Source: a virus (taxonomy: Duplodnaviria > Heunggongvirae > Uroviricota > Caudoviricetes). Taken from it: 64,000 bases of DNA. Below are positions 43,865 to 56,624 of the stretch, piece by piece. The first letter of the stretch is position 1, and every line of letters begins with the position of its first letter. Location of the stretch: IMG/VR virus record IMGVR_UViG_3300037487_000968, positions 1 through 64,000 of that record; one strand, given 5' to 3'. A program made the position numbers and the translations under genes. Under the pieces are notes generated by a model, which was not told the origin of the DNA, searched no databases, and saw only the letters and a list, made by a program, of their open reading frames with translations.

Positions 43865-46800
43865 ATGACTCAGTATATTACAAAACTACCGGCAATATTT
43901 CAAACAGTAACAGAAAAGAAATTCTTTGATGCTACTTTTGATCAGGTATTTTCTAAGAAAGATAGTGATCTTCTAGCAGGATATATAGGTCGTAGAACAC
44001 CTGGTGATTATAATCCAGTTACAGATTTTTATCTTCCTGAACCATCTAAGAACAGAACCTGGTGGCAATTAGAAGCAACAGCTTTTGCCAGGACAGAAGA
44101 TACCACAAAATCTAATATATTTTTCTATGAAGATCTATTAGAACGGTTGGGATACTATGGTGCTAATACACTTAATCAAGATAGATTATTTGAGTCAGAA
44201 TATTATAGTTTTGGACCACCGATTGATTATGATATGTTTATTAATTATCAGAACTATTATTGGGTAGAACAAGGATTATCTATAATCAGCATTAGTGGTG
44301 TATTAAGTACAGATATTATCGGCCAGGCATCTTATACTACACCACCTACCGCTACACCACCAAACTTTACAATATCAACAGGTATGACTATATCTTTAGT
44401 AGACGATCCGGTCTATGGTACACCGCACGTTGTAGAAAATATTGGTAGCTGTATAGGTATTCGACTAGTATCGCAATTCTCGGATTTTACACAAGGCACT
44501 GTATTTGAATACCTGCCATGGGACGGATCTATAGAATTATCTACAGGTAGAGTTATCAATAATTTAAATTGGGATATTAACACATGGGATACACAAACTC
44601 AGCCCGGATCCGGTGACTACATAACAATTGAGCGTGGCTCACCCGATAGAAATGCTTGGTCGAGAACAAATAAGTGGTTTCACATAGACACAATTATAAC
44701 AACCTCAACTATAACAGGCACCTCTTTTCCAACAAATGCTACGCGAGCATTAAGACCTATTATACAGTTTATCGCCGATCTAGATCTTTATAAATCAGGA
44801 ACACAATTTAGATCAGAGATTAACTACGGATTCAGAGATGATGCAATAAGTCAGCCTTTAAGATTAGCAGATTATCAAGGCCAGTCCTTATTATATATTA
44901 ACAGTACACTTGATACTGATTTACATGATAAAGATTTAGTATGCTTCTTCAATGATAATACTATTATATCAGTTGATATAATTCCGTGGGATATGTCGGG
45001 GTGGTCAACTTCGGAATGGGATTCTATTGTTGATACTGAAATAAATCATTATATACTACAAGCAAATTTACTGCTCGATGGTACTATTAATTTTACACCA
45101 TATACCGCGTGGTCTACTCCTGTACTCGAGGGCGATATAGTCTTTATAATAAGTGATGCACCTTACGATGGTGCGTTACGTGGGTCAACTTGGTATTTTT
45201 CTTTAGGTATATGGCTCGAAGCATTTAACGATAAAGTCTCCACTAATCAGTCACCTCTATTCCAACTATATGATCACAACGGTATAGAATTAAATGATTC
45301 TATAACTTACCCGCTGAGTACATTTAACGGTAGCAAAATATTTTCATATAAAATAAATGCAACACCAGGGGCCTCAGCTGATCCTGTATTAAAATTTCCT
45401 ATTATCTATACTGCTTTAGGTCAGGCATCTGACATTATTTTCCAGAATAATCTTATGACTAATAGATATACATACGGGTCTGCATTGATACCGATTGATG
45501 GCTATTATTACTATAAGACAGTAACAAATCCTGTATTATTTAATAATTGGAATTTATACCAACCGTGCCCGTGTAGTAATATTGTCCCACCGCCACCTGT
45601 TAATTGTTTAGAAACAAGCAAACAAAGGGTTATTGATAAATTTGTAGTAGGATATGGATCAGAGTATCAATTTAAGTTGAGTGTTGAACCATATGGCTAT
45701 CCAGAATCACCAGATTTAGTTGTATCTGTAAACGGCATTGAAGTTAAAAATAGTTCAGAACAAACAAACGGTTATACATTTGTCGAAATTAATAATGCCA
45801 TATATGTGGATCTAGCTGCATATCTTGCACCATTATTATTAACGACACAATCTCAGCCACCGGTTGTAGAAGTGCAAACATATACACACGGGCTACTAGA
45901 CCCTTCGGCAATTGGCTATTTTGAAATTCCACAACAATTAGAAGCTAATCCTAATCAACTCGAAGTATACGAAATTAGCGGCAGTAATTTAACACAGCAA
46001 TTTGCTTCTATTATTACTAATCAAATCGGCGCCACTGGTTCCGGATTTGGCGGTCCAAATAATTATAGAGATACAAGAAAGAATAGATCTGTAGGTGCAT
46101 ATATATTACAGAATACAGCACCATTATTAAAAACTATGTTGATATCATCATCTAATGATCTAGACTTTATTGTTGGAGAAAGATTTAGTCAGGATGAATA
46201 TACAAAGTTTAAAAATAAATATCTAAGAACTGCTCTGCAACTTATTAACAGAGGATTTGACCCTGTACAATATCATAATAATACCATTGTAGTTAGCGCA
46301 TGGGTGGATGAGATATTAAAGACTGTAAATGTTTCAAATGAATTTTCTAATGCATTTGCTTATTCTTATATGATTGCAAATGGTAGTCCGTATATGGACG
46401 AGTCGCAAGTTGTACCTATTAGTGGAGAAATATCTTTAACGAATTATATCGATTTATCAGATCCCAGAAATGCTTTATACACTTATGATACAACAGGTCA
46501 AGAAACATTATTAATTATAGGTGAAGATTACGAAATAGTATCTACCAATCTATCTATTGATATTCTTTTTAATCTAGATAGAGTACCAGCTGGCAGCACA
46601 GTATTTTTCGCACTATATAAGAATCCTCTACCGGCATATATTCCGTCTACACCTTCTAAGATAGGTGCATATGCCACGTATCTACCTCGTATCGAATTAG
46701 ACACATCATACATTGTTCCTACAAATGTAATAATCGGGCACGATGGATCTAAGACAATTGCGTACGGTGATTACAGAGATCAGTTATTACTAGAACTTGA

Positions 46801-49800
46801 AAAGAGAATTTATAATTTAATTCAATATAGATTTAGAAATCAGTATTATCTACCTCTACGTATAGAATCTGTGAAATCAGGGTATTTTAGGCAGACAAGA
46901 TATTCAAGACAAGAATATTTAGATATTACCAATTCGTACTTAAACAAGTGGTGTGCAAAGAATAAGGCAAATTATCGAGCCAATGATTGGTATTCGATGT
47001 ATGATAATCCGGCAGTGGTACCTAGCTTTACACCGGGTGTAGGTAATATATGGAAACTATATAATTATAGAAGTGCTGTTGATAATACTGGTCAATCACT
47101 AAATTTACCGGGAAATTGGAAGGGTATCTTCCAATATTATTATGATACATATTGCCCTGATACTCGCCCTTGGGAGATGTTAGGGTTCAACGAACAGCCG
47201 AGTTGGTGGGTAGCACAGTACGGACCTGGCATAACAAATTTAGCAGGACAAACAGTATGGCCTAATACACCAATATACGCACTAATGTGGGCCGATATAG
47301 AATACGGTATTATTCGCCAAGGCCCATCTGCAATATATGATCCTGTCACTACTTTACCACAAGAACAGCCGATGTGGGCAAGACCAGGTTTATCAGCAAT
47401 TATACCTGTTAATGCTGTTGGAGAAATTATACCTGTTCCTACGTTATTTAGTATGGCATTTTCGGGTAATTTCTACGAACCGTTTGATCACTTCGATGCA
47501 GAGTGGGTTTATGGTGACGGCGCACCTGTCGAACAAGCATGGATGTCTACATCAGCCTATATATTCAGTGTGCAAGAATTCTTGTATCTAATGAAGCCTG
47601 CAGTGTATGGCGAATTTATGTGGGATACACTTGGCACAGAATTATCACCGGGTAAAATAATAGTACCTGAAATAACTTCAGTGGGTCCAGTGTTTGAATT
47701 GGGAACTATGATCGGGGGTAGCTTATATACCAATGGGACATATAATAATGTAACCCTTCCTGGCGGAACTGGCCATCAGGCTAAGGCTACAATTATTGTA
47801 TCAAGTAACAGTATCTTATCTGTAACCATAACGAGTGCAGGATATAAATATACAGTAGGAGATATTCTTACTGCATTAGCAAGTGATATAGGGGGTACCG
47901 GTTCTGGATTCAGTATTTCAGTTGCCGCAGTTGTTGCAATCCCTGTAATATCAAATACAAATTGGCAATTTGTACAAAATGATACATTTACTAATAGAGA
48001 TCCATTCTTCGCATGGATGCGTCCCAAGAATGCAGACCAGGTTGTCCATGCCGAAAGTATTGATGGTACAATTCAAATCAGGTATGGATATCAAAGATGG
48101 ATCAGTGATAGAATATTATTCTTAGGCAAAGATGTTACATCTACCTTCGGACAAAAAGTTAGAACATTAGATGTAAATCTTGCGAATAAACTCGCAGGAT
48201 TCACCAATAAAGACACAACTAACACCTATATCGAATCTGTTAGCCCTGCTGCACTAACTAATAGTTTAATTATACCTTCGACTAATTTTAATGTTATTTT
48301 ACACAAGAGTCCTGTGGTAGACACATATTCTTACAGTGGAATTATTATTCGTGCTCTTGCAGATGGAACATTTGCGGTTTATGGCTACGATTTATTAAGT
48401 GCCGAATTTATTACATTGGCTCGTTCTAATGCTACCTTAATTGATATCTCAATAGGCGGCACACCAGCAGCATATCAATATTTTGCAACCGGCGCAACAT
48501 ATAACCCGGGTGATATTGTTAGATACAACGGTATTTACTATACAAGTTTAGTTACGCAAACTACTCAGAAATTTATATCAGATAATTATCAGAAATTAAA
48601 AAGTTTGCCAATCATTGGTGGCATCTCTGTAAGTTATAAACCAGTTTCTACAGATACAATTGTAAAGATTCCTTACGGTTCTGTTTTAAAGACAGCGCAA
48701 GATGTCTTTGACTTAATGATAGGATGGGGTTCTTATCTAGAATCACAAGGTTGGAAATTTGATGAAGTAAATCAAGATACAAATCAATTAAGCGACTGGT
48801 TAGCATCTGCAAAACAATTCTTATTCTGGTTGAATACAAGCTGGGCACCAGATGCATCAATTCAGCTAAGTCCGCTGGCTAATAAAGCAACGTTGGTTGT
48901 TTCTCGTGGTTATCCGAACGATGTAGAATCATTATCAAACGGTGTTTATAGTATATTAGATAAATTTGGTGTCGCTATTGCGCCAAATAACACATCTACA
49001 AATAGAGACGGTATGCTGATTACAGTAGAGCCTGCAACGCTTGCCTCTGGCGGAATTTATTATCTGCAAGTCAGCACATCAGAGATAGAGCATGTTCTTA
49101 TGTTTGATAATATAACAAGCTTCAACGATACTGTTTATTCTCCATTGCTAAGAGCAAGACAACAGAGATTACGCTTCAATGGTTTTAGAAGTAATGCGTG
49201 GTATGGAAAAATGGAGGCTCCTGGCTATCTTGTGATTGATAGTCAGCTGGTACCTAATTTTGATACCATTGTAGAAAGTATGCGATACTATTATGATCCA
49301 AATACAACTATTGATAATCCAAGTCTCGAAGACCTTGGTAGACATTTAATTGGTTATGAAAGCAAGAGTTACCTTGATAATCTTCAGGTAGCAAACGATG
49401 TCCAGTATTTGTTCTATCAAGGTGCTATTAAACAGAAAGGTACAGCACAAGCATTTGATAAGTTGTTTAGATCTACAAAAGTTCAGAGTAACGAGATTAT
49501 TGAAGTATACGAGGAATGGGCGTTAAAACTCGGTAAATTTGGAAATACAATTGAGCAAGTATCAACTGAATTTGTTTTACAACCTGAACAAAATACAGGC
49601 GAAGTTATTGTTGCTAGATTAAACTTCATACCTTCGACTATAGGTTTTGTAAGGCAAATTAATATATTGAATGCACAAAACATATACACATCAGTTCCTA
49701 AGATTATAGTATCTCTGCCAGATGCAACACCTAGTACATGGTCTATATTTGATCCACTTCACCAATACGATAAAGATGATGTAGTTAGATACGATGATGT

Positions 49801-52800
49801 GCAAGGTAATCCAGTATATTATTCTAGTAACGACTCTGATAATACAGGAAATGCACCCTCTTCTACTAGTGCATATTGGACAATTGTATTAAAAACATGG
49901 GTGACGAAAGCATATATAGTATTAGATGCTGCCGGCCGAATTTCTCGTGTAGATATTACTGAACCCGGTTATGGTTATTTAAAGGCACCTACTATAGGAA
50001 TCAATTCTGGTACCGAATTACACGACCTTGACAAACTATATAGTATATGGCAGGGTGAAATTATTAATGATACATCACTTGATAATATTATTGATATCGA
50101 TATAGATCAAACAGATGTATGGACTGTACGCCCAAATGATCCTTCATATTCGCTAGAATTTCCGACCACAGATAAGATAGATTATTCATTACCAAATGCC
50201 GGATATGTGAATTTTAATGATGTTACTTGGTCATCGTTTGACGTAACGCAAACAGCAGTGGGGTGGGGTACTTCGGCTTTAAATCCGGCAGAATCAGACA
50301 CACTTTGGATTGCTAAAACGTTTACCGAAGACTGGTCTGTTTATAAGATGGTAGCATTCAATAATACATGGAGTGTGACAAAAGATACTGATAATAATTT
50401 ATTGCTATTAACTGAACAATCAGCTGATGCTACATTAAATATAGCGCCGCAAGGCCCGGCATCTATCACAGCAAAACTTGTTAACGGATATATTTCGGCG
50501 ATAAATGTGGTCACCGGCGGTAGCGATTATGATGATGCGTTAAATATGACTGCAGGGTTCATAACAATTACTGATTTAGTGTCGGGTGCACCAGACGAGG
50601 CTGCAACAGCCGTGGCCGCAATTAGTAACGGTACTATCACATCTATTATAATAACACATGGTGGCGCAGGCTATATTCTGCCCGTTATTAATATTCCTGC
50701 CCCGACCGACATAATCGGAATTCAGGCTGTAGCTACAGCAGAAGCATTATTCCAGGTCGAAATTGATGCCATAGTAAACGGCGGCGGATTCTACTCATCT
50801 GCACCTACTATAAGTTTTATAGGTGAAGCAATAGTACCGGCAGAAGCAACAGCAACTATTACCGATGGTATTATTACTGGTGTAACAATTGATATATTAC
50901 ACCCGGGTGCGTATTCAGTCCTTCCTACCATTTCTGTATCACAGGCAGATAACATTAGTACCGCTATATTGACGCCTGTAGTCAACCAGATAACAGGTGC
51001 TATTGAATCAGTCGATATAGCTAATGCAGGTACCGGATATACGGTGGGTGCTACAATAACAGCAACTCGTGTTATTGATCCAGATCCGGCCTTTATTGAT
51101 GCTGTCTTTGAGATTACATCAATAGAAGCAAATGGTGAGATAATCAGCATAGATGTTACAGTGCAAGGCACCGGCTATCAATCAACTAATCCAGGTATAA
51201 TTATTCCGCAACTATCGGATTCAGTAATAGGTGATAAAACTGATTTTGGAAATATGGTTGTCTTACAACAAGTTGTTAACAGTAAGGTAATTGCTGAAAA
51301 TAATTATACAGTCGGTATTTTACCATATACAACGACAGATTATACCAGTCCGGGTACATATACAGATCCTACCACGCTTGTGACATATAACGCATATTAT
51401 CTTACAACACTCGCCGGCATACCGATTACAACAGACGATATTGGTAATTATGCTGATTTTACTAATTTATTATTATACAAAACAATGCGTTGGTATACTA
51501 TGCCAACAACGCCCGCGTATATAGTTGCCAATGATAAAATCTGGGTAGACAATATAAACAATATATGGTCTGTACAAAAATATAATGGCGCTACATATTC
51601 GACATTCAGACAGCAAGAATCTTTAATTGACTCTTCTTTGTTCGAAAGTGCTAGTGTATTCGCTACAAGCTCTAAGGATGAGCTAGTACAATTACCTATA
51701 TATGATCCATTTAAGAATATTTTACCAGGTCCTGCAAAACAAAATATCACATATATTTCAATGCAAGATCCTGCCAGCTATAATGTAACAGCTGATGCAA
51801 GTCTGTTCAGTGAAAATATAAAATTTGCCGAAAGACAAGTGGGGCAATTATGGTGGGATATATCTTCTACGCGGTATGTCTATTATGAACAGCCGATTGC
51901 ATTAGATGGCAGCGAAACTAATACAGATAATATTATTTACAGACGTAATCATTGGGGGCAAATTTTCCCAGGAAGTTCTGTTGCCATTTACGAATGGGTT
52001 AGGAGTTCAGTGCCACCTGCCTTATATACAGGCACAGGTGTACCAAAAGACACTACTACATATGTGCAGGCCCGAACATCAAATAGATTTACTGGTAATA
52101 CAGAAACTAATTATTATTTCTGGGTATTAAATACAACTGATAAGCCTAATAAAGAAAATAGAACTATGGCGGCAATAGATGTTTCCCGCATGTTACAGGC
52201 ACCTAAGAGTCAAGGATTTGCATTCTTCTGCCCAATACAACAAACATCTACAAATAATTGTTATATGTTCTATAATATACAACAGGTATTAGCATATCGT
52301 GGTAATAATGTTCAAATTAAGTATAGACTAACAGAAAGAAACGATCAGGAACACGTACAGTGGGCATTCTTCAGGGAAGGCGATACAGGTTCAATAATAA
52401 CAGACCAGTTCTGGAATAAGATGGTAGACAGTTTGTGTGGATATACAAAAGTACTCCCGATATCAGACGAATATAACGGTATAGTAGTTGCAGGTAATCC
52501 GTGGGATATGTCAACCTGGGATATGTTAGAATGGGATACATATGGAGAGATTCTGCCTGTACCTGATTCTACTTTAAGCGAAGGTGAGAAATATGGTATC
52601 GATTATCGTCCACGTCAGAGCATGTTTGTATTACTTAATGCTGCAAGAAAAGTATTTGTTCAATCAGCAAATGCATTATTAAAATATATTGCTATACGTG
52701 ATAATAATCCAAGTTGGAATAATAATGTATCTCTCGGCAATTATTGGACATATACTGACTGGTATGCCGTGGGATATGAAAATGCAACGCCAAATATAGT

Positions 52801-54592
52801 ATTTCAAACTCTTACGCAAGCTAACGATGCTTTAGTTGCTGGTAAACTAAATGTTGGTGATATTGTTGAAGTTTCCAATGGTACAACCGATGGTCGATTC
52901 ATATTATATGCAGTGGTTCAGCTTAACCCTAATGTCCCTACACTCAGCCTAAACGAAATAGGTATCGAAAATAGCGCAATTAAATTACTAGATACAATTT
53001 ATGTCGCAAATAATTTATATAGTTTACCACAAGAATTAAGACAATTATTAAATGCATTCAGGACAGAAGTTATGGTAGATGCATATCTTGTAGACCAAAA
53101 CGAATTATTCTTCTCGATGATAAACTATGTTATGAGTGAGCAGAGAAATCCTAATTGGGTATTTAAGACCTCTTACATTTATATCAAGGAAAATAATTTA
53201 CCTTTATCACAAGATCAATTGTATGTACCGGATCAGATTAGTAATATTATTCAATATATCACTGATTCTAAACCATATCATACACAGATAAGAGATTACA
53301 CAAGTTCGAACGTAACATCCGATATTGCTGCTGGCAGTGCAACTGATAGTTATAATTGGAATATAAAGGTACAGTTTGGTCCAGATTATGCCGGTGAACA
53401 ATATAATACCCCGGTAGGTAGTTTAGATGCCCTCACCTTTATTAATAACCCAGATCAGTTTGTTTCAAGAGACGATGTATACTCGGTACCACTAACTTTC
53501 TTTGATTCAAGTAAAGTAGGATATTCTCGATTATACCCGTATACCTTTGATTTTAGTAGTTTAGGTTCTAGTGGATTTATTTCTACACAAGATGATATTT
53601 TTAAAATAGTCGGTGTACAGATAGGAGAGGTGGCACTTATCGCCGAGCAAGATTTCTATGCTGAGTATAATGCTGATACAACCTATACCATTTACTTCTA
53701 TAATGATCCCGGAACTTCACCGGTGCCTGTTGCTCTTGTATGGTTCGGTGGAGGTCAATTAGCAACAATTAATAGTGATACATATAGAAACGAAACTGCT
53801 AATGGTATCGAGAGTACTGATGATCTAGTTATTAATGTTGATACAAAATTACCTGCCAATATAGATAGCGGGGTATATTCTGCGATTAACGATATGTGGG
53901 ACCTAAATGACCCAGTTATAAAACAAATAATTGAGGCCGAAGGCGGCGAAGTAGGGTTCGGGAATAGTTTTTGGGATCAAAATACAACAAACCATATTCA
54001 ACTTTTAAATAATACCATAAGCTTCAATGAAAATACAAACGCCAACGATGGCCCTAATTTCTATAGAAATGCAGAAATATATTCCGGTATCCTGGTATTA
54101 GATTTACCTGCCCCTACAGCAGAAACAGAAAATCTTGATGTTATAACAGTAGCAGCAGCTTCTGACATTTTCCCAGATCCGGATAATACACACGGAACAA
54201 TCTGGATCAATGGAGAACGCATCCAATATAGAATGAAAACTCCACACCCTACGTTAGCTAATACATGGGAATTGAGATTAATTCAGCGAGGAACAATGGG
54301 TACTGCCGCCGTCGCACATATTGTATCAACATACGGATATGCACCGTGGGGAAGTCTACTATGGACTATGCCATCGCAGGTGGTATGGGTTGAAAGAGCC
54401 AATATTATGCCAACAGAATCTAATACCATAGTATGGAATGCAGCAGATGCAAATGCCGACCCACTAACCGAAACCACACCTGGTTCGGGCGATTATACAA
54501 ATATTTCTCTTGTACCACTCGGTGGTCTATGGTATGCACAAACTCCAGAAGCCACTTTCTTAAAACAAGGTCAAGGCATAAGTATACCATAG
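43865..54592 (+). CDS. Giant baseplate wedge/structural protein (gp7-like)
   Basis: 3575 aa directly after gp6. LPAIFQT start, INYQNYYW, FYQGAIKQKGT, YEEWA, KPYHTQIRDY, INGERIQY…RGTMGT. Confidence 0.75.
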   Translation: MTQYITKLPAIFQTVTEKKFFDATFDQVFSKKDSDLLAGYIGRRTPGDYNPVTDFYLPEPSKNRTWWQLEATAFARTEDTTKSNIFFYEDLLERLGYYGANTLNQDRLFESEYYSFGPPIDYDMFINYQNYYWVEQGLSIISISGVLSTDIIGQASYTTPPTATPPNFTISTGMTISLVDDPVYGTPHVVENIGSCIGIRLVSQFSDFTQGTVFEYLPWDGSIELSTGRVINNLNWDINTWDTQTQPGSGDYITIERGSPDRNAWSRTNKWFHIDTIITTSTITGTSFPTNATRALRPIIQFIADLDLYKSGTQFRSEINYGFRDDAISQPLRLADYQGQSLLYINSTLDTDLHDKDLVCFFNDNTIISVDIIPWDMSGWSTSEWDSIVDTEINHYILQANLLLDGTINFTPYTAWSTPVLEGDIVFIISDAPYDGALRGSTWYFSLGIWLEAFNDKVSTNQSPLFQLYDHNGIELNDSITYPLSTFNGSKIFSYKINATPGASADPVLKFPIIYTALGQASDIIFQNNLMTNRYTYGSALIPIDGYYYYKTVTNPVLFNNWNLYQPCPCSNIVPPPPVNCLETSKQRVIDKFVVGYGSEYQFKLSVEPYGYPESPDLVVSVNGIEVKNSSEQTNGYTFVEINNAIYVDLAAYLAPLLLTTQSQPPVVEVQTYTHGLLDPSAIGYFEIPQQLEANPNQLEVYEISGSNLTQQFASIITNQIGATGSGFGGPNNYRDTRKNRSVGAYILQNTAPLLKTMLISSSNDLDFIVGERFSQDEYTKFKNKYLRTALQLINRGFDPVQYHNNTIVVSAWVDEILKTVNVSNEFSNAFAYSYMIANGSPYMDESQVVPISGEISLTNYIDLSDPRNALYTYDTTGQETLLIIGEDYEIVSTNLSIDILFNLDRVPAGSTVFFALYKNPLPAYIPSTPSKIGAYATYLPRIELDTSYIVPTNVIIGHDGSKTIAYGDYRDQLLLELEKRIYNLIQYRFRNQYYLPLRIESVKSGYFRQTRYSRQEYLDITNSYLNKWCAKNKANYRANDWYSMYDNPAVVPSFTPGVGNIWKLYNYRSAVDNTGQSLNLPGNWKGIFQYYYDTYCPDTRPWEMLGFNEQPSWWVAQYGPGITNLAGQTVWPNTPIYALMWADIEYGIIRQGPSAIYDPVTTLPQEQPMWARPGLSAIIPVNAVGEIIPVPTLFSMAFSGNFYEPFDHFDAEWVYGDGAPVEQAWMSTSAYIFSVQEFLYLMKPAVYGEFMWDTLGTELSPGKIIVPEITSVGPVFELGTMIGGSLYTNGTYNNVTLPGGTGHQAKATIIVSSNSILSVTITSAGYKYTVGDILTALASDIGGTGSGFSISVAAVVAIPVISNTNWQFVQNDTFTNRDPFFAWMRPKNADQVVHAESIDGTIQIRYGYQRWISDRILFLGKDVTSTFGQKVRTLDVNLANKLAGFTNKDTTNTYIESVSPAALTNSLIIPSTNFNVILHKSPVVDTYSYSGIIIRALADGTFAVYGYDLLSAEFITLARSNATLIDISIGGTPAAYQYFATGATYNPGDIVRYNGIYYTSLVTQTTQKFISDNYQKLKSLPIIGGISVSYKPVSTDTIVKIPYGSVLKTAQDVFDLMIGWGSYLESQGWKFDEVNQDTNQLSDWLASAKQFLFWLNTSWAPDASIQLSPLANKATLVVSRGYPNDVESLSNGVYSILDKFGVAIAPNNTSTNRDGMLITVEPATLASGGIYYLQVSTSEIEHVLMFDNITSFNDTVYSPLLRARQQRLRFNGFRSNAWYGKMEAPGYLVIDSQLVPNFDTIVESMRYYYDPNTTIDNPSLEDLGRHLIGYESKSYLDNLQVANDVQYLFYQGAIKQKGTAQAFDKLFRSTKVQSNEIIEVYEEWALKLGKFGNTIEQVSTEFVLQPEQNTGEVIVARLNFIPSTIGFVRQINILNAQNIYTSVPKIIVSLPDATPSTWSIFDPLHQYDKDDVVRYDDVQGNPVYYSSNDSDNTGNAPSSTSAYWTIVLKTWVTKAYIVLDAAGRISRVDITEPGYGYLKAPTIGINSGTELHDLDKLYSIWQGEIINDTSLDNIIDIDIDQTDVWTVRPNDPSYSLEFPTTDKIDYSLPNAGYVNFNDVTWSSFDVTQTAVGWGTSALNPAESDTLWIAKTFTEDWSVYKMVAFNNTWSVTKDTDNNLLLLTEQSADATLNIAPQGPASITAKLVNGYISAINVVTGGSDYDDALNMTAGFITITDLVSGAPDEAATAVAAISNGTITSIIITHGGAGYILPVINIPAPTDIIGIQAVATAEALFQVEIDAIVNGGGFYSSAPTISFIGEAIVPAEATATITDGIITGVTIDILHPGAYSVLPTISVSQADNISTAILTPVVNQITGAIESVDIANAGTGYTVGATITATRVIDPDPAFIDAVFEITSIEANGEIISIDVTVQGTGYQSTNPGIIIPQLSDSVIGDKTDFGNMVVLQQVVNSKVIAENNYTVGILPYTTTDYTSPGTYTDPTTLVTYNAYYLTTLAGIPITTDDIGNYADFTNLLLYKTMRWYTMPTTPAYIVANDKIWVDNINNIWSVQKYNGATYSTFRQQESLIDSSLFESASVFATSSKDELVQLPIYDPFKNILPGPAKQNITYISMQDPASYNVTADASLFSENIKFAERQVGQLWWDISSTRYVYYEQPIALDGSETNTDNIIYRRNHWGQIFPGSSVAIYEWVRSSVPPALYTGTGVPKDTTTYVQARTSNRFTGNTETNYYFWVLNTTDKPNKENRTMAAIDVSRMLQAPKSQGFAFFCPIQQTSTNNCYMFYNIQQVLAYRGNNVQIKYRLTERNDQEHVQWAFFREGDTGSIITDQFWNKMVDSLCGYTKVLPISDEYNGIVVAGNPWDMSTWDMLEWDTYGEILPVPDSTLSEGEKYGIDYRPRQSMFVLLNAARKVFVQSANALLKYIAIRDNNPSWNNNVSLGNYWTYTDWYAVGYENATPNIVFQTLTQANDALVAGKLNVGDIVEVSNGTTDGRFILYAVVQLNPNVPTLSLNEIGIENSAIKLLDTIYVANNLYSLPQELRQLLNAFRTEVMVDAYLVDQNELFFSMINYVMSEQRNPNWVFKTSYIYIKENNLPLSQDQLYVPDQISNIIQYITDSKPYHTQIRDYTSSNVTSDIAAGSATDSYNWNIKVQFGPDYAGEQYNTPVGSLDALTFINNPDQFVSRDDVYSVPLTFFDSSKVGYSRLYPYTFDFSSLGSSGFISTQDDIFKIVGVQIGEVALIAEQDFYAEYNADTTYTIYFYNDPGTSPVPVALVWFGGGQLATINSDTYRNETANGIESTDDLVINVDTKLPANIDSGVYSAINDMWDLNDPVIKQIIEAEGGEVGFGNSFWDQNTTNHIQLLNNTISFNENTNANDGPNFYRNAEIYSGILVLDLPAPTAETENLDVITVAAASDIFPDPDNTHGTIWINGERIQYRMKTPHPTLANTWELRLIQRGTMGTAAVAHIVSTYGYAPWGSLLWTMPSQVVWVERANIMPTESNTIVWNAADANADPLTETTPGSGDYTNISLVPLGGLWYAQTPEATFLKQGQGISIP

Positions 54593-54610
54593 TAAACTAG
54601 GTAGATAATA

Positions 54611-54763
54611 ATGAAGATAAATAAAGAAAACGATGATAAAGAACAAAAACCCGAACCTAAAAAAGATGACGGGTTTATTGATATAGCATACATGGATGTT
54701 CAATGTCATTTGATAATAAAAGATAAAGATACTGGTGAAATACTAGTAAATAAAAGGGGTTAA
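54611..54763 (+). CDS. Small 50 aa protein (below the ORF track cutoff)
   Basis: MKINKENDDKEQKPEPKKDDGFIDIAYMDVQCHLIIKDKDTGEILVNKRG*. It fills the gap exactly, and its C-terminus resembles the N-terminus of the next gene. A GATAAATA box lies inside at 54616-54623. Confidence 0.6.
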   Translation: MKINKENDDKEQKPEPKKDDGFIDIAYMDVQCHLIIKDKDTGEILVNKRG

Positions 54764-54764
54764 G

Positions 54765-55517
54765 ATGCTAGATACATATCGTGCTTCTATACAAGGGTTT
54801 GTTAAGATCAGAGATAAAGATACTAATGAAATATTAGTAGACACACATAATGATGTACTATATGGAAATATGTCTGCTGCATTGGCACACTCTCTTATAG
54901 GTAATTCTAATAGTTTCTTATACTATATGGCCTTCGGCAATGGCGGAGCATACATTGGCCCAACAGGCACAATTTCATATAAACCTTCGTTGGGTGGTGC
55001 CGGCAGTCTAATTAAAAACCCTACGGCTAATTTGTATAACACAATTTATGTAAAAAAACTATCTAACGATGCAACAGACATAACTAGTTATGATCCGTTA
55101 TCAAGAGCATATATTTCTGCAGAAAATTATGCAACAAATTATGAAGATATTATTGTAGATGTTACAATAGGATATAGCGAACCACCTGCATCAATATCTT
55201 CCAGTGCTATTCAACAATCTTCAATTGATAATTCTACTTTTGTGGGTACACCGGACACATTAACAGTAACTTCTAACACACTTGTATTCAACGAAATAGG
55301 TTTATTCTCAGGTTCAAATAATTTATTTACAGGTGGTTTTACAGCAGATACAGCTGATGTAGATAATTTTGTTATACAAACTCCTAACTTTTCAGGAATT
55401 GCTGGATCAAAATCAAAATTAATGTTAACACACGTAATTTTTCACCCTATACAGAAATCTGCTAATAGATCTCTTGAAATTATTTATACACTTAGAATAC
55501 AAATGGGTGCATTATAA
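54765..55517 (+). CDS. Putative baseplate/structural protein
   Basis: 250 aa with MAFGNGG, FNEIGL and LTHVIFHPIQKSANRSLEIIYTLRI. Confidence 0.7.
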   Translation: MLDTYRASIQGFVKIRDKDTNEILVDTHNDVLYGNMSAALAHSLIGNSNSFLYYMAFGNGGAYIGPTGTISYKPSLGGAGSLIKNPTANLYNTIYVKKLSNDATDITSYDPLSRAYISAENYATNYEDIIVDVTIGYSEPPASISSSAIQQSSIDNSTFVGTPDTLTVTSNTLVFNEIGLFSGSNNLFTGGFTADTADVDNFVIQTPNFSGIAGSKSKLMLTHVIFHPIQKSANRSLEIIYTLRIQMGAL

Positions 55518-55520
55518 TTT

Positions 55521-56623
<1,103 letters not shown>

Positions 56624-56624
<1 letters not shown>

